64,000 nucleotides of DNA from contig NZ_DATCTF010000006.1 of NCBI RefSeq assembly GCF_036568125.1, positions 44,082-108,081 of the forward strand, read 5' to 3'. The notes beneath the pieces are model-generated. The model saw nothing but the letters and a program-made list of their open reading frames with translations, made no database searches and had not been told where the DNA came from. Every line of letters starts with the position of its first letter. The stretch's first letter is position 1. Both the position numbers and the translations under genes were made by a program. Of the stretch, positions 1 to 7,079 are shown one piece after another. This DNA is from Magnetovibrio sp. (GTDB lineage: Bacteria > Pseudomonadota > Alphaproteobacteria > Rhodospirillales > Magnetovibrionaceae).

Positions 1-1193
1 GTCCGGTGTGCGATCACGATGGCGATGCGTCGGAACGCATCGCAGAAGATTTTATCGAATTGCTGGGCGGACGGTTGTATTTCAGCGTCGATCTGTGTCC
101 CCACTGCGGCATCATCTATAGCCGCACCCGCAGTCGCGAGGACCGCCTGTACACCGCCGTCGCCGATATCGAAAAGAATCACGGACACCAGCGCCCAGGT
201 CTGTCGCCGCTTTCGAGCGATGTGTGGAACCTGGAAACGAAAACCATGCAGGTTGCGGAAATCATCGCGGCTATGCCTCGTCCTGGCTCTGCGGCTGATC
301 CGGTTAAGTATCTTGAGGTCGGGGCCTCCGACGGCATGCTTTTTCGCATGGTTCATCAGCGCATGAGCGAGCAGGGGCGGACCCTCAACGCGACGCTGGT
401 GGAAAGCACCGGTGCGGCGGAACCATGCGGCGAAATCGACGGCTGCACGGTGTGCTCGCAGTCATTTCTAGAAACCTTCGATACTCCGCAAATCGGGTAC
501 GACATCGCGGTGCTGTCGCATTGCTTGGAACATTTCGACAATCCGCGAGAGGTGATCGCCAAGGCGCATGCGTTGTTGGCGCCGGGGGGTATATTGTATG
601 TCGAGGTGCCCGATGGGATGCGTTACGATCGCTGCATCTCCACCCCATTGGGCTATTACCACGTCACCAATTTCAACCTCATCAATCTGGCGTGGATGAT
701 TGGCGATTTGGGCTTTCGCTGTCGCGATGAAGTCGAGCGACACCATTATCCGGGCATTCGCGTGATTGCCGCCAAGGCGTCTACACCTGATCGCACCCCG
801 ATATCCCACCCGATATCGCCGAGCGCCGTGCAGCTCAGCCGAGATGCGTTGGCGGTTTGGGAAAAAGCGCGGGAAGATGCCTTCGCCCGTCTTAAACCGC
901 TGAGCGGAAAGCACACCTTGGTGTACGGTGCGGGTGTGCACACCATCGCTTTGTTCAACCGCTTTCCCGATTGGCTGCAAAGCTGCGATCTGGCCGACAG
1001 CAATGCGAACCTGACGGAATTTCTTGGCCATGCGGTGCTGTCGCCGGATCAGTTGGACTTTGCAGCCTACGATACCGTGGTTGTGTCGTCCTATGCCTAT
1101 CAGGATGCGATCGCACGTCAACTGGAGGCGGCGGGGTGCCCGCGTGACAAGATCGTCACCTTGTACGACGACATTTTTGCTTATGTGATGTAA
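1..1193 (+). CDS. class I SAM-dependent methyltransferase with N-terminal zinc-ribbon and C-terminal Rossmann-like domain (sugar-modifying type); 5' end cut by window edge
   Basis: The frame of ORF 6..1193 stays open back to nt 1. Nt 1-2 'gt' fit the Cys codon of a CPVC knuckle that pairs with CPHCG. Motifs seen: LEVGASDG (SAM motif I), VLSHCLEHFDNP, GGILYVEVPDG. Convergent with the nonulosonic-acid genes. Confidence 0.7.
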   Translation, partial: PVCDHDGDASERIAEDFIELLGGRLYFSVDLCPHCGIIYSRTRSREDRLYTAVADIEKNHGHQRPGLSPLSSDVWNLETKTMQVAEIIAAMPRPGSAADPVKYLEVGASDGMLFRMVHQRMSEQGRTLNATLVESTGAAEPCGEIDGCTVCSQSFLETFDTPQIGYDIAVLSHCLEHFDNPREVIAKAHALLAPGGILYVEVPDGMRYDRCISTPLGYYHVTNFNLINLAWMIGDLGFRCRDEVERHHYPGIRVIAAKASTPDRTPISHPISPSAVQLSRDALAVWEKAREDAFARLKPLSGKHTLVYGAGVHTIALFNRFPDWLQSCDLADSNANLTEFLGHAVLSPDQLDFAAYDTVVVSSYAYQDAIARQLEAAGCPRDKIVTLYDDIFAYVM

Positions 1194-1208
1194 TTGACGT
1201 TGCCGGGT

Positions 1209-3002
1209 TCAAGCCGGCAATTGATTTTGCCGTCCGGCTTGAATGCGCTCAGCGATGATCTCGGCAATACGCGCCGCACCGCGCCCATCCACAGTATCTC
1301 GTGAGGTTTTCGACATGTCTTGCAGGCGGGACGGATCGTTGAGCAACTCTGCGCAGGTGCGCGCCAGTCGTGATGCATCGTCGGGTGTGACGCGCCCGAG
1401 GTTGATCCCCAGTTTCGCCTGCTCGAACACAGATGCGGATTGGGCATGGTCGTCGCTGAGGCACAAATAGATCGCGGGTAGCCCCATGGCCGCCATCTCG
1501 GCCGCCGTGACGCCGAAGGAAACAATCCCGATGTCGGATGCGGCCATCAAGCCCGCAAGGTCTTGCGGTGCGTCGTGAACGTGCACCGCATGGCGATGGC
1601 TTTCAACGATTTGGGCAAGAGCCGCCCGGTCCGTGAACAAGGGGCCCGCCACGACGTCGATATCGATCGTCTCCGTCACATCATTCAAGGCTTGCAAAGC
1701 CATACGGGTGAAGCCCGCCGGATCGCTCGCACCGCAACTGACGAGGGCGTGGGGATGCGGGTTTTGCGGAGGGATGGTTTTGTGGCTGAACGGATCGCGT
1801 AAAATCAGCCACTCCCATCCGGCTTTGATGTCCGGGCGACCGGGACGGCCATTCAGCGCCAGGGTGCGCGGCGTGGGCGGGCAGAACACCAAGTCGGCAT
1901 GTTCCAGACGCGGGCCGATGTCGTCGATCAGCACGCACAGAACGCCGCTGTCGCGCCATAGATCCAAGGCGTCGCCGCTGAGATCGGTGCGGATGTCCAG
2001 CACCAAGGCGTGCGCACCCTTGTCGCGGATCAGGGCGTCAAGCCATGCGGCTTCTTCCACCCCGGACGGCGCCAGTTGATAGGGAAAGCGCGCGTCTTCG
2101 ATCATCGCCACGCCCTGTTCGCCGCGCATCACGGCGAAGTGAACGGCGGTGGCGTAGCGTTCGCGCAATTGCGTCGCCAACGCCACCATGCGAGAGATGT
2201 GGCCGAGGCCGATGGCGGCGTCGCCGTCGCATCGGAAGATGACGTTGCGCGAACTCTCGTACGCTTGCTTTTGACGCACATGGCTGTTGAGGGCGCGCAA
2301 ATCCGGGTCGTTGTGCAGCAAGGTGGCGACATCGTCCATGTCGATTTCGCCCGGCGCGGCCCCGGTGCGGGCGTACAAGGTGCGCAGCAACAATAAGTCT
2401 GCCGGGGTGTCGAGCCACAAGCGAACGTGATCGAAAATATGATTCTCAGGCGCGGGAATGCCGACCATTCTGCCAAGGTTGGGATTCACGTTCAGGTAGC
2501 CAAAAACGTGCTCCTGAGCCACGGGATTGTCGGCGCCTTCGTCGATGATGCGCTGGAACAAGTCGCGGGTGAAGGGTTCGAACCCGCCGTGCAAGGTCAC
2601 GACATGGGGATTCCAGGTGCTGTAATCGCCTTGCTCTTTGATCAGAACCTCGATCAGGTTGTCGATGACTTGAGGGTCGAGCATCGGGCAGTCGGATGTG
2701 ACGCGCACGATGTAATCCGGATTGTGCAGGTCCACGGCTTCGGCAAAACGCGACAGGACATTGTCGCGCGAGCCGCGCACGACGTCGACGCCGTGCTCAT
2801 GGGCGTAATCGACCAACACATCGTCGCAACTGTCCGTGGTGGTGGCGAGAATGATTTGGTTGATCCGAGTTGATTTCTTGAGCCGGTGAAAGACATGCCA
2901 AAGCACCGGCTTGCCAGCCAGATCGAGCATGATTTTTCCCGGTAGACGCGACGAGCTCATGCGGGCTTGAATGATGGCCGCGATTTTGGGGTTATGTGTC
3001 AT
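1209..3002 (-). CDS. fusion protein: SpsF/NeuA-family cytidylyltransferase domain plus PseG-like UDP-sugar hydrolase domain
   Basis: N-terminal KIAAIIQARMSSSRLPGKIMLDLAGKPVL...VRGSRDNVLSRF resembles the SpsF/CTP_transf_3 family. The C-terminal half starts NVIFRCDGDAAIGLGHISRMVALATQL, resembling the PseG N-terminus. ATG at 3002 is preferred over the track start at 3020. Confidence 0.7.
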   Translation of the reverse strand: MTHNPKIAAIIQARMSSSRLPGKIMLDLAGKPVLWHVFHRLKKSTRINQIILATTTDSCDDVLVDYAHEHGVDVVRGSRDNVLSRFAEAVDLHNPDYIVRVTSDCPMLDPQVIDNLIEVLIKEQGDYSTWNPHVVTLHGGFEPFTRDLFQRIIDEGADNPVAQEHVFGYLNVNPNLGRMVGIPAPENHIFDHVRLWLDTPADLLLLRTLYARTGAAPGEIDMDDVATLLHNDPDLRALNSHVRQKQAYESSRNVIFRCDGDAAIGLGHISRMVALATQLRERYATAVHFAVMRGEQGVAMIEDARFPYQLAPSGVEEAAWLDALIRDKGAHALVLDIRTDLSGDALDLWRDSGVLCVLIDDIGPRLEHADLVFCPPTPRTLALNGRPGRPDIKAGWEWLILRDPFSHKTIPPQNPHPHALVSCGASDPAGFTRMALQALNDVTETIDIDVVAGPLFTDRAALAQIVESHRHAVHVHDAPQDLAGLMAASDIGIVSFGVTAAEMAAMGLPAIYLCLSDDHAQSASVFEQAKLGINLGRVTPDDASRLARTCAELLNDPSRLQDMSKTSRDTVDGRGAARIAEIIAERIQAGRQNQLPA

Positions 3003-3891
3003 CGCTGTCCCCGAAATCACGTATCGATTTCAGCGGTCGCAACCCATCGTCGGGATCCGCCCGCCAGTCGCGATCGGCCATTTCGGACGGGGCGGGTTGC
3101 TTGATCCCGTCGCCATCGGCCTTGAAGCCGGTCTCGATATTCTCGATCACGGCGGCGATCTGGTCGGGTAGCCAGCAGTGTCCGGCGGAAAACTCTTCGC
3201 CTTCGCCATCCAAGTCGAGGTGGTACTCGACCACAACGGCGCCAAAGCGATGCACCGCGCGCGCGATGATGCCGGGATTGACCGAGTGGTCGGATAGTCC
3301 GGTCGGCACGCCAAAGGTGTTCCGCAGGGTTTCCAACGCCGAGAGGTTCATCTGTTCGGGCGGGGTCGGGTAGCTGGAGACACAATGCAAGAGCGTCAGC
3401 TCGACACATCCCGCGCTGTGGATTACGTCCCTGGCGTGGGCGATTTCGTTCATGGTCGCCATCCCCGTCGATAGGACGACGGGCTTGCGCGTGTTGGCGC
3501 AGGCGATCAACAGGTCGTCCCACAACAGTTCGTAGGACGCGATTTTGTAAAAATCGACATAAGGTTCCAACTCGCCGACGGCATCCAGGTAAAACGGGGT
3601 GCACGAAAACAGCATGCCGAGATCGTGCGCCTTTTGCGCCAACTTAGGGATGAAGCCGACAGGTAGTTCCCAGTCGGCGCGGGCACGATGCGCGGGGCTT
3701 TTTTTCAACACCTCGGGGGCGAACAGTTCGTTGATACGAAACAACTGAAATTTCACCGCACCGCTGCCGGTGCGGTGTGCCGCCTCGATAAAGGCGTAGC
3801 AGCGTTCGAGGTCGCGATGGTGATTGCTGGACACTTCGGCAATGAAAACCGGTGCGCCAGCGCCGGCGAACAGGCCTTGGGGTTCAGTCAT
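2992..3891 (-). CDS. NeuB-family nonulosonic acid synthase (PseI/SpsE-like), short form
   Basis: FIAEVSSNHHRDLERCYAFIEAAHRTGSGAVKFQLF and GLSDHS motifs of the NeuB barrel. The start overlaps the pseB stop by 8 nt. Confidence 0.8.
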   Translation of the reverse strand: MTEPQGLFAGAGAPVFIAEVSSNHHRDLERCYAFIEAAHRTGSGAVKFQLFRINELFAPEVLKKSPAHRARADWELPVGFIPKLAQKAHDLGMLFSCTPFYLDAVGELEPYVDFYKIASYELLWDDLLIACANTRKPVVLSTGMATMNEIAHARDVIHSAGCVELTLLHCVSSYPTPPEQMNLSALETLRNTFGVPTGLSDHSVNPGIIARAVHRFGAVVVEYHLDLDGEGEEFSAGHCWLPDQIAAVIENIETGFKADGDGIKQPAPSEMADRDWRADPDDGLRPLKSIRDFGDSDDT

Positions 3892-4888
3892 CGTGGTGTT
3901 CCCGAATCATCGCCAACAGATCGGCATGGCTGGCCCATTCAGGATTGGTGTCGCTAGCGTAGGAAAAATCTTCGGCGACCGGGGTGCCGAGATTGAGCGT
4001 TTCTTGCGCGCCTTCCCAAAAGCTGATGGGGGGCTTGATGACGTAGCCGTTATCAACCTCGACGGTGTTGCGCGCGTCATCGGAGGTGATCATGATTTCG
4101 TGCAGTTTTTCACCGGGGCGGACGCCGACGATTTTGTGCGGTAAGTCGGGTGCCATGGCGTGGGCAAGATCGATGATGCGCATGGACGGGATTTTAGGCA
4201 CGAACAGTTCGCCGCCGAGCATGCGGTTCAAGCAATCGGTGACGAAATCGATGCCTTGGCGCAAGGTGATCCAAAATCGCGTCATGCGCTCGTCGGTGAT
4301 CGGCAGGTGATCCGCGCCTTCGTCGATGAGCTTTTGAAAAAAGGGAATAACGCTGCCGCGCGAACCCACCACGTTGCCGTACCGCACCACCGAAAAACGC
4401 GTGCCCAAAGGCCCCGCTAAGTTGTTGCCGGCGATGAAGATCTTGTCGGATGCCAGCTTGGTCGCGCCATAAAGATTGATCGGGTTGGCGGCCTTGTCGG
4501 TGGACAGGGCGATGACTTTTGAGACTTCGGCGCGCAACGCAGCTTGAACGACGTTTTCCGCGCCAATGATGTTGGTGGCGACGAACTCAAAAGGGTTGTA
4601 TTCGGCTGCGGGAACTTGTTTCAGCGCGGCGGCGTGGATGACGATGTCGACCCCGCGCAATGCCATGGTCAGGCGGTCGCGGTCACGTACGTCGCCGATG
4701 AAATAGCGCATTTCGTCTCGCCCTGCGATGCCGGGGGCATTACTCATTTCGAATTGCTTGAGTTCGTCGCGGGAATAGACGATCACGCGTTTGGCGTGGC
4801 CTTCGGCTAAAATCTGGCGAACCATTTTTTGACCGAACGATCCTGTGCCGCCGGTGATGAGAACGGACTTGCCTTTAAAAATATCCAT
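3884..4888 (-). CDS. pseB: UDP-N-acetylglucosamine 4,6-dehydratase (inverting), PseB/FlaA1/FlmA type
   Basis: GKSVLITGGTGSFG, VIVYSRDELKQ, RYFIGDVRD, IHAAALKQVPAAEYNP and ALSTDKAANPINLYGATKLASDK closely follow the H. pylori FlaA1/PseB pattern. Confidence 0.9.
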   Translation of the reverse strand: MDIFKGKSVLITGGTGSFGQKMVRQILAEGHAKRVIVYSRDELKQFEMSNAPGIAGRDEMRYFIGDVRDRDRLTMALRGVDIVIHAAALKQVPAAEYNPFEFVATNIIGAENVVQAALRAEVSKVIALSTDKAANPINLYGATKLASDKIFIAGNNLAGPLGTRFSVVRYGNVVGSRGSVIPFFQKLIDEGADHLPITDERMTRFWITLRQGIDFVTDCLNRMLGGELFVPKIPSMRIIDLAHAMAPDLPHKIVGVRPGEKLHEIMITSDDARNTVEVDNGYVIKPPISFWEGAQETLNLGTPVAEDFSYASDTNPEWASHADLLAMIREHHDD

Positions 4889-4914
4889 GAATTCTTCCTG
4901 GGATGTTTAAAGGG

Positions 4915-5400
4915 TTAGGGGGCTTCTCCTTGAAGCTGTTTAGGCTCATCCGCGGCATCGTCTTCGGGCAGGAGTTCGTTTTCCGCCAAGAAGGCTTTCA
5001 GCTGTTCGCTGAATTTATGCAGCACGTTCGATTCATATTTGATCAGGTTCTGCGCCTCTTTCAGGCCCTTGTATATGCGGTCGTTGTGCACGTGGTCGCG
5101 CACCTTGATGGCAATGTCCAAGGCGTTGGGGCAGGCGGCGATGAACTCGTTGAGGCGTTGTTCGAAGCGTGCGAGGCAGGCCTCACGTTCCGCCGGATCA
5201 AGTAGGATGTATGCGCCCTGAAGTTCGAAATAGACACGCGAAGCAGGCGTTTGCGCATCCTCTTGGGAAAGGACTTCTTTTTCCCGCAAGATGGCCGACT
5301 TGTTGTGAACGAGAATCTTCGTGTTGCCGCCGATGTTTTCAAGAACGGAGCCGTTGATAATCAGCTTGTCACCGGATTTGAAGTCGATAAGAAGAGGCAC
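4915..5400 (-). CDS. flbT: flagellar biosynthesis repressor FlbT
   Basis: N-terminus MPLLIDFKSGDKLIINGSVLENIGGNTKILVHNKSAILREKEVLSQEDAQTPASRVYF is the characteristic FlbT pattern. Located near flaF. Confidence 0.85.
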   Translation of the reverse strand: MPLLIDFKSGDKLIINGSVLENIGGNTKILVHNKSAILREKEVLSQEDAQTPASRVYFELQGAYILLDPAEREACLARFEQRLNEFIAACPNALDIAIKVRDHVHNDRIYKGLKEAQNLIKYESNVLHKFSEQLKAFLAENELLPEDDAADEPKQLQGEAP

Positions 5401-5462
5401 GTCTGATCCTAAAAGTATGTGTGAGGCTAATTTCGCAGGAACGCTTGCGACCAGTGTCTGAT

Positions 5463-6332
5463 TTAAACAAACAAATTCATCACGGACCCGGGCGGGATGT
5501 CCCAGCCCTGAACCGATTTATTCATTTCTTCAACCGAACTGATCCGCGCTTCGAACGAGAGAGAGATCACGCGCAAGATGTTGCCGTAGTTGGCCTTGAT
5601 GTCTTCGATTTGCGCTTCACGTTTTTGCAGTTCGATAGAGGACAACTGGGTCATGTCGGACAGTTTGGTGGCCAACGTCGCGGACAAATTCAAAGAGGTC
5701 TGCGATGCGTTTTCAAGCGTTGTCGTGGTGACGTCGTAAGCTGTATCGATGAGGCCGCTTAAGGTGTTCAAGTCATCGAGGATTTGCCGATTGCCGTTGG
5801 TTGGCGTTGTGGTGCCTGCCGGGTCGACGACCCCCTCTACAGGGCTCATGGCCTTCAGCGTTTCGTACATGTTTTTGACATCGCGAACCACATAGGGCGT
5901 CGAAATGTCGGGATGCACGGACAGCAGCAAAGCCGACGTTTCTTCGATCAGCGCGTCGCGTTTGGCGTTCAGCGCGGTGATTTCATCGGCAGTGAGGTTG
6001 GTGTTGTCATCGACGGCGGTGAACGCGGAAATGGCCTCGTAGACGTTCGTCTGCATGCTGGCCAAGCGCGTCTGGTTGGCGCGCATGTCGAAGGCGAAGC
6101 TGTCGATCAGCGCCTTGTTCTTTTCGAGTTTTCCGTAGTCACGTTCCAACGCGGCAAGGCGGCGCGGGGTGTCGTCATTGCGGATGACGGTATCGATTTC
6201 GCTGTTGATACGGCGAATGACGGTGTTTTGGATTTGGTTGAATTGCTGCTCAAAACCAAAGCGAAAGCTCGCCGCCGAGACACGCGTCAGGGTCGTCCCA
6301 ATATTGGTATCGGTGGCGTTTGGTATGGGCAT
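5463..6332 (-). CDS. hypothetical helical protein (289 aa) between flaF and flbT; possible very divergent flagellin-like or exported axial-family protein
   Basis: Clean ORF with GGAGAA Shine-Dalgarno about 8 nt upstream of the ATG. Helical N- and C-terminal thirds flank a Thr/Ser-rich centre. No canonical flagellin N-terminal motif is recognisable. Confidence 0.6.
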   Translation of the reverse strand: MPIPNATDTNIGTTLTRVSAASFRFGFEQQFNQIQNTVIRRINSEIDTVIRNDDTPRRLAALERDYGKLEKNKALIDSFAFDMRANQTRLASMQTNVYEAISAFTAVDDNTNLTADEITALNAKRDALIEETSALLLSVHPDISTPYVVRDVKNMYETLKAMSPVEGVVDPAGTTTPTNGNRQILDDLNTLSGLIDTAYDVTTTTLENASQTSLNLSATLATKLSDMTQLSSIELQKREAQIEDIKANYGNILRVISLSFEARISSVEEMNKSVQGWDIPPGSVMNLFV

Positions 6333-6470
6333 TCTTCCCGTTCTCCACTACGAGCACCACGTTGGCGCCCATGTCGCCCTTCTGGGCATTTCCTGTGTAA
6401 CGTGAAAACTATACCATTATTGCGCAAATAGAACAAGCGAGAGGGGCGCGCGGGGCCGCGAAATGGCGGC

Positions 6471-6959
6471 TTACGCGTTTGTGTTCAAGGTCCCACCGCT
6501 GTTGGCGGGCAAGGGTTCTTCAGATTGGCTTTTCTGGGTCTGGTTGGGTGCGTTTTGCGGCGCGTTGTCCAAGGTGTTGTTGAGGCCTTCCAGAAGGCCC
6601 TGGGCGATGTTGCGGTTTATATCGATCAGGGTTTTGATCTGCTCGGGATTCAACTCGCTCATGCACACAATGGTGTGATTGTCGACGAATTGGCACAGCG
6701 TCAGCATGTTTTGGCGCAGATCGAACGGAACGGGATTGGTTTCCAACGTCAGTTCAGCCTGAAAAATGGTCCACAGCCGCCAGTTTAGGCGGATCGCATC
6801 GCGGAGTTCTCGCCGTGCGCCGGGTTGCGCCAAATCGTCGGCGCTTGCGACCTTCTCCAGTGCCGTGGCAATGCGCCGGGCGGCTTCGGTCAGAGCCCAA
6901 GCCTCGGAATGGCTGGGGGAACCTGCCGGAGGTACGGAAGAATAGGGCGATGTTGACAT
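6471..6959 (-). CDS. flaF: flagellar biosynthesis regulator FlaF
   Basis: SEAWALTEAARRI...AIRLNWRLWTIFQAEL...PFDLRQNMLTLCQFV matches the FlaF family signature. Confidence 0.85.
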   Translation of the reverse strand: MSTSPYSSVPPAGSPSHSEAWALTEAARRIATALEKVASADDLAQPGARRELRDAIRLNWRLWTIFQAELTLETNPVPFDLRQNMLTLCQFVDNHTIVCMSELNPEQIKTLIDINRNIAQGLLEGLNNTLDNAPQNAPNQTQKSQSEEPLPANSGGTLNTNA

Positions 6960-7079
6960 TTGTGCTCCGCTCGTTTGCTCTTAGACTTTGGCTTGCCGCA
7001 TCCGGACTGGTAAATCACGATAGAGTCTACTATGGGGGGATGTCCAGGCTCAACCCCCCCTCCATTTATCGCGCAATCC

